48,899 nucleotides of DNA from Stramenopiles sp. TOSAG23-6 (GCA_900128565.1 LT635925.1:1-48899); one strand, 5' to 3'. Counted from the first letter of the stretch, positions 33,451-44,613 are shown. The notes: generated by a model from the sequence alone, not told the origin. Translations and numbers: made by a program.

Positions 33451-33878
33451 AATTTTTAATGATTGTTATAAATATATAAACAAAAATGAATTTTGTTTTT
33501 GAATATATATATTGGTCAATATGCTCTTTCCAATGTAAAGTGTCATATGATGCTGATAATAATTGCCTTGGAGTCTGGTTATTATATTGTTGGTCATCAC
33601 AAATCAAAAATAGCAAAAAACATCTAGTTTAATTTTTTAAATTTTATTTCAAAATAGCAATCCTTGAATTCGCGATCTGATCAAGTCAGCGCCGTAAACA
33701 GAATATAATTTAAATTAGTAATTACCCTTTATAAATTTAGCCCGCAAATTGAGAAATTGAATTAATAATATGCGTGTGACTGATCTGACTTCTGATCATC
33801 GATGATGCATGTGAACAATACGAATAGTACTCGTGAGTAGAGCTATTTAAGTAGACTGGTATCAAATGAAATAAGATT

Positions 33879-36800
33879 ATGCATAGTTCGATAACATCAA
33901 TGAAAGCTCATTCTCTCTTGGGTATTCCTGATGAAGAAGAATACACTATTGTCCAAACATCAGAGGAGAACGTTGCAAAAGTTCCCCAACCAGAAACATC
34001 TCGTCAACATACACTGCTACGCCGACACGACACGCCGCCACTCATTAAACTAGCAAACATTTCTGACCCCAATGGATTTACTGCAGTAATTCATGATCCA
34101 CTAGATAATCCTACAACATTCAATAGATCTCTGAGCTATACATCATCGTATACTCTTCCAACAGCACAAATTTCATCGGTAGAATTTTCAGAATTCGAAG
34201 GATACATTGCAGAGATTGAAAAGCTTCATTATAAGTTAGTTGAAAACCACAAAACGAATGGTGGCACGATTGTTGAAGAATCAGCATCAGAAGAAAAAAT
34301 ACGTCAACTTTTACGAGATGTAGAAAACGTTGTACCTAAATTATTTTTCAGCAAACAATTTGCCTTTTCCGATGCATCTACTTTTAAAACAGTGACAGAG
34401 TCGCATGTGAGAGAAAATAGCAACCTTTCAAACTTAGGTGCGATGAATTCTAATCGTAACTATGATAAAGGTGGACAGGTACAAGATGAAAATCTGTTTA
34501 ATGAAAACAATCAGCACAAAGAATGTATCCAGAAACTTTCGCAATATTTAGAATTTGTCGAGTTTGTCATGCTGACGATAGTTTCTTCTAGGTCTCAGTC
34601 ATTTTTTGGTGCTCTCGAAGGTCTACAACTTTTTAAATTACAAATATCTTCTACATGTTATAAAATTAGATCTTTACGTGGACTCTTGCGGAGACTTAAA
34701 GGTGCCTTAGTTACAGGTTCATTGAAAATTATTCAACTTCGTCGACGTCGAGCTAATGTTTGTTTTCATATCAAATTCTGTACCTATTTTGTTTTGTGGT
34801 TTTGTGGTTTTGTGCCAAATTCTGTACCTAACAAATTTCAAACTAAAACATATTTTTCAATTACATGTGAAAAAAATCCAAGAAAAACTTAATTTTGTGT
34901 GTGGTGCAATGCAGACTCAGGAGTTAGTACAATTATTACTAGAAAGTGAAAATTATAGTGGTGCCCTAGATGTCATTGATGAAGTAAGAAATACTTTAAA
35001 AAGAGAAATTTGCGGTTTACATGCCTTGCAATTTCTTGAAAATAAGTTAACTCAATTTGTCAATTTAACGTCTAATACAATGACAAGTCAGTTTCTACAT
35101 TTGGCAATGCATCTTGGTTCAAATAGCAGCGATAATACAAATATTGAGGATGAGTCATCTACAGGTATTTTGAACAATGACAAAAATAATATAAATACAA
35201 GAATTGCAAAAATGTCCACTTCCAAAGATAGAGCTCGTTTTTTCCGATTACTTCAAGGTCTCCTTCAAGTAGGGAAATTACGTACAGTTTTGCGAGAATA
35301 TCGAAATCGTGTTGCAGAAATGGCTACTTCTGTTGTAAAAACCGCCGTACAAGCTGCATTAGGGACCCATAATAGCACAGTTACTATGAATGAAAAGGAC
35401 TCTCTGCAATCATCTCCGAATTCATCCAACTTAAGTACAAAAAATACTACAGAAAAACGTCCATCTATCAGTGTTGTCCGCCAACTACAAATGTTGGACG
35501 AACATTCATTTTTAGAACTTTTCGATATTGTTCGTGAACAACTTGGAATAGTCATTATTCGTGCTGTTGCTGTACATGAAATATTACAGAATTGTCTTGA
35601 AAAATGTCAAAATGACGTCGAAAGACAAATTTCAGAAAAAAATATAAATAAACCCAATAATAATCTCCATGAGAAGAGTAATGTCGATATGAATAGAAAT
35701 AATAGTAATACTAAAACGAGTGAAATTTTCCAAGTAAAACTAAAAGATACAAAAGATACAAAAGATACAAAGGAAACAAAACCAAAATTGAATGAAAGTG
35801 TCACTGACATTTCGACTTCTCAGTTAATCACAAAAATCACAAATTCTGGAAATATTGTTAATCCTAAAATTTTAAAATTTCGTGTAGATAAAAAAACATC
35901 ACTGCGTGAAAGTCGGGAATCTCTAATACATTTTTGGGTATTAGCTCAACGGCATATCGGCCGAATGCTCGAAGTACGAGCTGAGCTTCACAAATCTTCT
36001 GCATTAACACAGATGAATCAACTATCGCTGAAGTGCACTTCTTTTATTCATCAATATGCTGTTCTTTGTGGGAGTGATGGAGCAGTACTGCTTAATGTAT
36101 TAAAGTCTCAATTACAAGATCAATTTGAAATGATGCACATGACACATATACAACATATGATGCATATTCTTGCTACTGAAAGTTGGGAATCTTACCAAGT
36201 GTCAAAATTGTTACAAAAATTGTTAGACTTTGTCATTGAAATTTGTAATGAAAAAAAATTGGAAATGGAAGATTCAACGAATAAATTGTACAATCTTACA
36301 AATACTCAAAATACACAAAGAATAACACTTATTGAAATGATAGAATATGTTGAACACTTTGAAGTATTTAGTACAAAAACAACTGTATTACCTACGACAT
36401 ATAGTAGTACAAAACAACACGAAAAGAAGAATCGCACAATACCAAAATTATCAAAATTATTTGCTAAATTTCATGGACAAAAACAGAAGATGTGTTCCTT
36501 AAAAAGCATTGACTATTGTGTACCAAAAGCTACAATATATGTCGTATATATTTTAACTACTTGTATTCAAACTTGTCGTCAATGTCCCCATTTATTATCA
36601 CAAGTAGTACAAAAAATTGTACTAACTATTCGGAAATATAATTTCCGTTCATCTCAACTTATTTTAGGTGGTAAAAGTGTCGAGTCACGAGACTCGCCGA
36701 TAAAAAAAGTGACTGCGAGGCATTTATCGTTGGTTGCACGAAGTCTCTCATTTTTGGTCGTTTTCGTGTCGGAAATTAAAAAATATTTAGGTATTACATT

Positions 36801-37290
36801 TAGTTCAGTTGAGGATAAAAAAAGTAATGATGCATTGCTGTCTGAAATATCAGGTGTTATATATGAAATGGAAACTCATAGAAGAAATATATTTAAAAAA
36901 TTAGTTCACATTACTGAACAGCTCTGTACAAGCTCCTGTCAAAGTGCTGTTGATGTAGCCACATCTGACAGTGTTGTTCCAATGGTAGTGAGTCCTTTTA
37001 TGTCAAATCTTACGAGAGGATTAACTACATTATATCGTGTATTACAGCATATACTTACTGTAGAAGATGTGTTGTCTATATTTACAGATGTGGTAACAAT
37101 GATGAATAATGTAGTTCCAAAATCCTATTCTTCGATAAAAGTTGAAAATATTTCAGATCAACAAAAAAAACAGATATTATTTGATATTGGACATTTAGTA
37201 TCTACATTGAAAAAAGTTCGTGGCCTCAGAGATCGTGGTAAAACAATTGATAGACACTTTAGAGACAGGTTTGTTCTCTGTATTATATAA
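33879..37290 (+). CDS. VPS54: GARP complex subunit Vps54; exons 33879-34757 and 34867-37290
   Basis: KLSQYLEFVE...RSQSFFGAL, RRRRANVKKIQEKL...QTQELVQLLLESENYSGALDVI, YNFRSSQLILGG, KKVTARHLSLVARSL. Confidence 0.88.
34758..34866 (+). other. Non-canonical intron-like element I3 (GT...AT, 109 nt, phase 0)
   Basis: GTTTGT start, TACCTAAC at 34825-34832, ends CAATTACAT|GT; no AG inside the element; removal restores the Vps54 frame. Confidence 0.82.
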
Positions 37291-37360
37291 TTAAATAAAG
37301 TTTGTGGTGAACTATTTATTAATCTAATCGATAGACTCACAAAACACAATAACAAAACAA

Positions 37361-39463
37361 TTATTGGAAGCCCCTGGATTTTTTCGGTCTAGATTTCTTT
37401 CCATTGATGTTAGGAAAACTTCTACCGGATTTCCCACCACGACTAGGTCTATTTTGAGTTTGCCTAGCTCGACCTTTTCGTATTCTATTATCATTATAAT
37501 TAGTACCACCTTTTGTTTTTGTCATTTGTTTGTACAATTTCAACGAAGCTTTCTTCAGTTGTGTTCTATTCCTTGACTTGTTCTTATGTTCATGTGGAAT
37601 TCTTTCATATGTTGCCTCGACTTCTTCAACTGGTTTACCCAATCGAAGAGCGCGAGCTCTAAGTTTCCCTTTGAGTAATCTCTCCTTGATTTTTTTCTTC
37701 TCTCTTTCTTCCTCTGTGACAAATAGTTCACTCAATTTTTCATCCTCGGAGTCTTCTTCAACTTCAAGAGTAGAGAGAGATTGAATTTCAGAATCCTTAG
37801 GTTTAATTCGAATGTTGTTTGCATTATCTACAACTGAAGCTTCAATTAAATAGCTCAATTTACTAATTTGCTCTTCATCTAATTCATTATTATCACCTTC
37901 AATCAAGACCCTTTGACGCTCTTTTTTACTGAGCAACGAAAACGGATTTGTCAAGGCTTCGATCGCTTTCCCAACTTTCATTCCAATAATTTCTATACGC
38001 CGCACATACTCAGTTTCAGGGGTGCCATCTGAAACGGGTATTTCTGCTTGCTGTTTCGGATCGTCAATGGTTATAGGTCGTAACATTTTAGATAAACTTT
38101 CAAGTGTTTGATCAATCTCAACAACAATTTTAGATAGTTTACTTAAATCTTTACTACTACGAGCTTCTTGGCGTCTACCATTATCATATCGAATAGTTAA
38201 ATTATCAATCAATTCTCTATTAAAATCACTACCACTAGAACCTGAATATTTCGTATTATTTAGTTTTGTCTTCAAGATATTATGTCTCTCAGACGCTTCT
38301 GCAACTTCTTCACGTAATTTTTCAATTCGATCATCAATCTCTTGAATGTAATGTTCTCGATTTATATAACGTTCGACAATTTCTTCTTCGTCTGTTAATC
38401 CTGTTGCCATTTGTATTTTTCTGAATGCTTCTTCATGAGCATTAACATGACCAGCAACAGTGCGTAATTTAGTTTTGACAGATTGATTACCCATAGCCTT
38501 TGAGATTTCTTCTGCTTGTTCCTTTGCCTTTTGATTTGCTATTGCACCCGATAATGCATTTTCCTGCTTTTGTTTCAACCAATTACGCATTTCTTCTTGT
38601 TGCTTTGCCAAAGCTCTTCTCTCACTCAATTCTCCTTCCCAACCATCTAAACGTTCTTTGCATTGTGAAGCTACACGTTTTAATTTATTTTCCTCCTCGT
38701 TTTTCAAGTGTGTGACATGCGCTTCCATTTCCTTTATTTCTTCTATTTCACCGTGGCGTACCTTCAAAGCTTCCTCAAAACTGCGCAACGTTTTTTCATA
38801 GGAATGTCTCTGGTTAGTCAGTCGATCAGCCATACGCTGCATGATTTTTCCATAATGGGTCAGTCTTTCAATTTCATCATGGGTATTTTTAAGAATATTA
38901 GACTCTTCTAGAATTCTAGATTTTGTTTTTTCCTGAGCAATAGCTCCAGCTGACTGACTCTGTAACAGATTTAACTCGCTCTTTAAGTGGTTTAGTTTAC
39001 GCGATTTTTCTTTATACTTTGCATCCAAACTATTATACTCGCGACTTAAAGAATTTAATTTTGAATGTAAACGGTCCTGATGACTGTAAAACTGCTGTTC
39101 CTCTGCACGACGTAGTTCTTCTTTTTTTAAATTCATACCTGTATTTAATTCCTCCAGCTGGTTGTTGAGTGCTTTTTTCCGTCGTGCTCTTTCGACTGCA
39201 TCCTCCTTTTCACCTTCTTCTTCATCCATATCTAATGGATTTTCTTTTTTTTCGTGTTGGTATTTTATCTTTGCAGCATCAGCCTCAGCCTGTTGAATTG
39301 GCCCGAGGCGAATTCCGGCTCTACGTCTCTCACGCTGTTGGGCACGAATTACTTTTATTTCATCATCTATTTGCTCGTATAATTTTTTTTTCTCCTTCGG
39401 TTTACTTCCATGAGCCTGACTCAAGTCACGCCGTGGCTTTGAACTTTTCTTTTTGCGAGCCAT
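37361..39463 (-). CDS. Outer dynein arm docking complex-like coiled-coil protein (CCDC151/CCDC114 type)
   Basis: HEEAFRKIQMATGLTDEEEIVERYINRE motif within a long coiled coil; ATG at 39463. Confidence 0.65.
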   Translation of the reverse strand: MARKKKSSKPRRDLSQAHGSKPKEKKKLYEQIDDEIKVIRAQQRERRRAGIRLGPIQQAEADAAKIKYQHEKKENPLDMDEEEGEKEDAVERARRKKALNNQLEELNTGMNLKKEELRRAEEQQFYSHQDRLHSKLNSLSREYNSLDAKYKEKSRKLNHLKSELNLLQSQSAGAIAQEKTKSRILEESNILKNTHDEIERLTHYGKIMQRMADRLTNQRHSYEKTLRSFEEALKVRHGEIEEIKEMEAHVTHLKNEEENKLKRVASQCKERLDGWEGELSERRALAKQQEEMRNWLKQKQENALSGAIANQKAKEQAEEISKAMGNQSVKTKLRTVAGHVNAHEEAFRKIQMATGLTDEEEIVERYINREHYIQEIDDRIEKLREEVAEASERHNILKTKLNNTKYSGSSGSDFNRELIDNLTIRYDNGRRQEARSSKDLSKLSKIVVEIDQTLESLSKMLRPITIDDPKQQAEIPVSDGTPETEYVRRIEIIGMKVGKAIEALTNPFSLLSKKERQRVLIEGDNNELDEEQISKLSYLIEASVVDNANNIRIKPKDSEIQSLSTLEVEEDSEDEKLSELFVTEEEREKKKIKERLLKGKLRARALRLGKPVEEVEATYERIPHEHKNKSRNRTQLKKASLKLYKQMTKTKGGTNYNDNRIRKGRARQTQNRPSRGGKSGRSFPNINGKKSRPKKSRGFQ

Positions 39464-39878
39464 TGTGTGAATTAATCTTCTGACACAGAATTGTCTGTTA
39501 CTAGGTAGAAGAGTACTGGTTGTGTATTTGATACCAAAAGATTGAAAACCTAAAAAAGTTGAAACGGCCAAAGGTAACGTTATTAGGGTTACCTGGTACC
39601 GGTACCCAAGACAGTTTTGTGTGGGTGATAATTAAGGGAAAGAAAGCTTAATCCTAAAAACTCACATCCTAATTGTCATTGCTGTCATCATTAGAGGTTG
39701 AGTGAGCATAGATATTTTAACCACATCACTAAAAGAGAACTTTATTTTTTTTATACAATTAATACTCATACAAACACCAGAAAAACATATGTTGAAATTC
39801 CATTTTTTTCTTTTGAATAAAAAATGGAAATTAAAACGAAGTTTTTATTTCGAATTTGAGACAAACTTTCCTCTTTTT

Positions 39879-40691
39879 TCATTTAAAATACTTTTCGGTG
39901 TTGAGAAAGCTCTGTTGGGCTGCTTTGGATGCTTCAAGGGCTATATTTGCTGCTTTTTTAGCCTTTCTTGCACAATGTATCTTCAGCTCGGAAGCACCGA
40001 CGGGTCCTTTTTTCGTAGGTAATTGGTTTATTACATATTTTGCACCTTTTATAGGTTGCTGCTCATATTTAGCCCAAGTTGCAAATCGATGAAAAATAAT
40101 AGATGCAGCCACAGTGACGTTTAATGACGCAGTTCCATTACCATAATGTGGTATATATATAGAACGGTCGCAATATTGTAATTCTTTTTCGGAGAGTCCT
40201 TGGCCTTCATTTCCTAAAAAAAAGGCAGTATCTCTGAGAAAAGGTGATTTTGAAACACTTTCAGCCGATGATCCAATCTCAACTGCAAGAATTTCAATTC
40301 CATGCAAAATACAATGTGCTCGGCATTTTTCTAAAGAATCAAAATATTCTATTTTGACAAACGCTTTCGTACCCTTACTACCAAAGAAATTTACTTTTCT
40401 CTGTTTTTTTCCAGGTCTCGCAATGACAAATACTGACTTACAATTGAAAGCAGCACAGCTACGTATCATTGTTCCAATGTTACTTCTTTTGGATACATTA
40501 TTTATAATCACATGCCAACTAGGAGAGTCGCGACAAGGTTTCTTAGAATTTTTGGAGGTATATAACTTAGCATAACTTGATGTGGATGATAATACGCTTG
40601 CAAAGAAAGTTGACACCGCATTCATATGAGGATAGGCAAAAGCACCAGCCATAAATCCAATACCAAAACCTAAAATACCACGAGATACCAT
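39879..40691 (-). CDS. SpoU/TrmH-family RNA 2'-O-methyltransferase
   Basis: NIGTMIRSCAAF, FFLGNEGQGLS, IYIPHYG...SLNVTVAASII. Confidence 0.92.
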   Translation of the reverse strand: MVSRGILGFGIGFMAGAFAYPHMNAVSTFFASVLSSTSSYAKLYTSKNSKKPCRDSPSWHVIINNVSKRSNIGTMIRSCAAFNCKSVFVIARPGKKQRKVNFFGSKGTKAFVKIEYFDSLEKCRAHCILHGIEILAVEIGSSAESVSKSPFLRDTAFFLGNEGQGLSEKELQYCDRSIYIPHYGNGTASLNVTVAASIIFHRFATWAKYEQQPIKGAKYVINQLPTKKGPVGASELKIHCARKAKKAANIALEASKAAQQSFLNTEKYFK

Positions 40692-40852
40692 GTTTTACTA
40701 ACTCAGGTGATATTGTGTAGCCTTACGGGTAGTGAATAATCTGTTTTGATCGTTTACGAGGTACTACTAGGACTCTTATATACACGAAGTGTTGGCAGAT
40801 GAAGACTCAAAACAAAACAAAACGAGCTGAATCCAAAAGAAAATCCAAAAGA

Positions 40853-40867
40853 AAACCCTAACCCTAA
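40853..40867. promoter_or_regulatory. Telomere-like (CCCTAA)2 box in a divergent promoter; similar boxes at 11715, 15507, 39583, 41107 and 43220
   Basis: Recurs in intergenic DNA upstream of gene starts; function is inferred only. Confidence 0.4.
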
Positions 40868-41130
40868 TCTAAATCATATATAACCTAAATTAGTAAATTT
40901 CCTTTTTCTTTTTATCGGAGATTATTGGATTCAAAAAAAAAAATGTTTGAAAAATAAAAAAGAGTGCAGAAAAAAAAAATCGTATCTACTATTGACATAA
41001 CTATGCAATGGGTGTCGCGCTCACACAAATTCTCTACAGGTGCGTCTTCAAAACTGAAGAATCATCCCCCATAATATTGTATATTAATATTATCCATAAC
41101 CGCCATAACCCTAAGTCTTACCCTTAAGTA

Positions 41131-42315
41131 ATGATGGTTTTGTACACTTTAGTACTTGGATACATGGTGCTAGCGTCTGGTACTCTAGAGGCGACGTCAC
41201 TGAATAAAAGACAAAACGAACAACAAAAGCTACTACGATTTCCATCTGATGAAGACATCTCAAGTAGTTCTCCCTCAGATGCCTCAACTGTTTTTCTTAG
41301 TGAAGTCGACAAAACTGAGAAAGGGAATGTGAGGATATTAAAGCGGAACGCCAACGACGCAAAAAAGGAAAAAATATCTCAGGGTAAACCAAACATTTCA
41401 AATTCGACAATAACACAAAAGAGCGTCTTTTCCAAAAGAGTAGAAGAAGTGATTCGCCAACAAGAAAGATCTTTCATCAAAGAAGTAGCCCACGTAGAAC
41501 CTCAAAGTTCGCAGAGAATTCTCATTGAAAAGAAGAAGTTTGTAGCAAAAATTAAAGAACCTATGATAATTACAGATTATAAGGCTCCAAAACTACCACC
41601 TCCAGCGCCAGTACCTGTGAGAAGACCTCCCGCACCAAAACCAAAAGAGCCAGAATGTAACATTGAAGTTGATAAAAATGGTAACATATGCGATTGCGAT
41701 TGTCAAAAAGCACGAAATATTCAACGTCAAAATGAAATCTTAAACGAAGAACGAGAGGAAAATGATCTTTTAGCTGAAGCTAAGGCATTTGAACAACAAA
41801 GACAGGAAAATTATAATACTGCACTTGCAGTAAAGAGTGTTCAAAATGAAGTCAGGGAAAATGCGAAAAAGAAAAAAAATGCAGAAAAACAATCTCTAGA
41901 CAACAAGAAAAAAGATGCAAAGAATGCAAAAGACGAATTAGATTTAAAGTTAAACATTGCCGCGAGAGCAACACCAATCACTCAAGGTCCTGGAGGAAAT
42001 CTTCAAAGTGCAATGAAGGCTGTGAAGCGATTGAACATGCCAAAAAAAGAGAAGGAAACAGATGCAAGTGATACAGAATCTTTACAGGAAAACATCGCAA
42101 AGTCAAAAGCTTATTATAAACATTTTCAGAAAGAAGCTCTTAAAAATTTTCTAGACCCGGAGAGAAATAGTAGTTCACTGGCATATGCTAAGGATGAAGA
42201 TAAACCTGAAATGAATACTGCTACAAAAATGGCACAGTTGCGATTACTACCAGCAATGCAACAAGGTTTAATTGGGACAGACTTGGCTAGTGTATTTGCA
42301 AATGCAGCGCGTTAA
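41131..42315 (+). CDS. Hypothetical secreted protein with Pro-rich linker, small Cys cluster and coiled coil
   Basis: N-terminal hydrophobic leader; PPPAPVPVRRPPAP; CDCDC. Confidence 0.65.
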   Translation: MMVLYTLVLGYMVLASGTLEATSLNKRQNEQQKLLRFPSDEDISSSSPSDASTVFLSEVDKTEKGNVRILKRNANDAKKEKISQGKPNISNSTITQKSVFSKRVEEVIRQQERSFIKEVAHVEPQSSQRILIEKKKFVAKIKEPMIITDYKAPKLPPPAPVPVRRPPAPKPKEPECNIEVDKNGNICDCDCQKARNIQRQNEILNEEREENDLLAEAKAFEQQRQENYNTALAVKSVQNEVRENAKKKKNAEKQSLDNKKKDAKNAKDELDLKLNIAARATPITQGPGGNLQSAMKAVKRLNMPKKEKETDASDTESLQENIAKSKAYYKHFQKEALKNFLDPERNSSSLAYAKDEDKPEMNTATKMAQLRLLPAMQQGLIGTDLASVFANAAR

Positions 42316-42408
42316 AAAAATAAAAAAGTGAAACAAAAGATATAAAGGGAATATAGTTTAAATCTATGAAGTATTTTATAAAAACAGAATCTCGAGTCTT
42401 ATATTTTA

Positions 42409-43104
42409 TTATATATCAATCTCACCCCATCGGTCGCACCAATTGAATACTACTGCTAAAAATGAGACTTTTTTTTCTCTTTTTGTTTTTGCATTTTCGC
42501 ATATTGTTACCCGACATTTTTCAAGTTTTTGAATACGCTTCGCATCAAGTAAGCTTTTCTCTGGTACCTCGTCATAGTCAAAATTCAGTGATTCTTTTTT
42601 AACGTCTTGTAAAGAAAGATAATAAAGTGCTGCATCATAAATTTTTCGGGCTTCTTCTTTAGTTTTGCCATTACCTAAATTGCAATTAATTCCACCAAAG
42701 TATAGCTGTATTCTCCACATACCGTTATATGCTGGTGATACCCCATGTGTATCATCCTTTGCACCGTGCAATTTCGATCTCTTCGCTAAGGGAGTTTCAT
42801 CTAAAGGAGTTGCTTCGACAGTCGCTAAATCCTCTAATGGATGTCGTCTCGCTCGTCCCTTTTTTCCACGCATTATTTTTTTCAGTAACCCTTCATAATC
42901 ATTTTTGTCATAGTTGCTGAGTGGCCTCATCACCCCCGGGGGTGCAATGTTGAAATGTGGTACATTTTCTTTTTCTGGTAAGTCAGCAAGACCACTATAT
43001 ATAGATGCTTCAAAACCTTCTCGAGACATGCTGGTATCAGTCGACGCGAAACTTTCTTGGAAAGCAAATATTAAGAATACGCTATGTATAAAAAGACATT
43101 TCAT
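42409..43104 (-). CDS. AP2/ERF-like domain protein
   Basis: HGVS...WRIQLYFGG...LG...TKEEARKIYDAALYYL...LNF matches the AP2 pattern. Confidence 0.65.
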   Translation of the reverse strand: MKCLFIHSVFLIFAFQESFASTDTSMSREGFEASIYSGLADLPEKENVPHFNIAPPGVMRPLSNYDKNDYEGLLKKIMRGKKGRARRHPLEDLATVEATPLDETPLAKRSKLHGAKDDTHGVSPAYNGMWRIQLYFGGINCNLGNGKTKEEARKIYDAALYYLSLQDVKKESLNFDYDEVPEKSLLDAKRIQKLEKCRVTICENAKTKREKKVSFLAVVFNWCDRWGEIDI

Positions 43105-43384
43105 TGTTACGTTTTTTACTTATCAAGTAGAGAATACAAATACGCTTTGTTCTCAAGATTATGGACGGTATATATTACCAGTCGGTACAGGAACTCGTCT
43201 CTCGCACTGAATATTTTTTAAACCCTAACCCTAGTACCTAGTTATTTGAACGTTGAAATCGTCTAAAAAATCAAATTCACGCGGGTGTAGCTATTTGTAT
43301 GAGTAGACGAATGCGTCAATATTGTTAAATAAAGTAAAGAGAATACATGGTAATAAGGTTTTAAAGAGATGAATTTATTTATTT

Positions 43385-44272
43385 TTACACATTCTGCACA
43401 AGGGCAGCACCGGCAACTGCTAAGCGATCTGCTGCTTCGTTTCCGGGTTCCCCACTGTGACCTTTCACATGTTCTAGTGTAACTATTACGTTCCATTTTT
43501 GTTTTAACTCAGTAATAGCTTTATCAATACTTTTCCACAAGTCAATATTTTTAACTAGAGAACCTTTAGAACTACGCCAACCATTTTTTTTCCAATTTTT
43601 TGTCCACATTTGTATACCTTTAATTGTGTACTTACTATCTGTTTTTATCAAAATTTCAAGCATTTTTGTATCATTCTTACTTGGTGTTGTATTTCTCTTT
43701 TCATTGATGAAATATTCTGCAACACGGAGTACTGCTGTCATCTCTGCTCTTTGATTTGTCTGTTTTTCTCCTTCAAGGGGTGCTGAAATATTGCGGATAT
43801 CACCATCACCAAACCATGCACCATATCCAGCTCTTGCAATGCCCTGATCTTGATTATTCGAACAAGCTCCATCTGTATATACAATAATCTGGTTTGAAAT
43901 ACTTCCAGGAGCATCACATCCCATAGTATCAGAGATATTACAATTTGGACGATGACGCTTGGTACTGCGAGACGTTGTCGAAGCGGTCGTTGGCATGAAC
44001 GGCTCTGAACGCTTCTTCGTCCCTGATAAATATTTTGAAGCACCATCAACTGAAGTGCTCACTCTCATAACACCAATACGAATATCTGTCGTATTTCCAC
44101 CGAGACCAACAAAGGCAGTTGCTTCAGATTTTGTTTTGAAACTTTTGTACTTCACACCACCTTTGACCCCGTTGACAAGTTTTTTGCACTCGTCCCACGT
44201 CTCAACAACACCACAAAAGCCACTTTTTCCTTTAACAATTGCGTAATATTTTTTACCCTTGGACTTTCCCAT
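43385..44272 (-). CDS. RNASEH1: Ribonuclease H1 with N-terminal hybrid-binding domain
   Basis: YYAIVKG...TWDECKKLVNG...YKSF; VYTDGACSNN, QTNQRAE, TDSKY, HVKGHSGEPGNEAADRLA. Confidence 0.95.
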   Translation of the reverse strand: MGKSKGKKYYAIVKGKSGFCGVVETWDECKKLVNGVKGGVKYKSFKTKSEATAFVGLGGNTTDIRIGVMRVSTSVDGASKYLSGTKKRSEPFMPTTASTTSRSTKRHRPNCNISDTMGCDAPGSISNQIIVYTDGACSNNQDQGIARAGYGAWFGDGDIRNISAPLEGEKQTNQRAEMTAVLRVAEYFINEKRNTTPSKNDTKMLEILIKTDSKYTIKGIQMWTKNWKKNGWRSSKGSLVKNIDLWKSIDKAITELKQKWNVIVTLEHVKGHSGEPGNEAADRLAVAGAALVQNV

Positions 44273-44613
44273 ATTCAACTACTGTTGATATCAATAATAA
44301 TACGTATTCAATATAATATTAAGCTAGACCTAATGAGTGTTTGTAGATATTATGCGGTACTCCCACCATGTAATTCTGATGGTACCGGTAGTATCGACTT
44401 TCATTCAGTAAGTCAGGTATATCGGTACATGGCCATTGGCCAGAGAATGCATTGCGAATCAATTTCTGATTGGCCAAGATGTTGATGTGTGTGGACATCA
44501 CCAACACTGGCATTACTTATACCATTAGTGTTTTGCCTTTGCGTCCTAGCATACTGGTACCACCATGTTATTATCTTTATGGTAACTAAAATATTTGACA
44601 CCAACAGACCGAA

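Noticed and set aside
34756-34864. U12-type AT-AC intron reading of the elements
   Set aside because: Only I3 and I4b can slide to AT...AC; the others would start AC or AA. None has the ATATCCTT donor or the TTCCTTAAC branch.
43385-44272. RNase H as a retroelement remnant
   Set aside because: It has the hybrid-binding domain of cellular RNase H1, with no RT, integrase or LTRs nearby.
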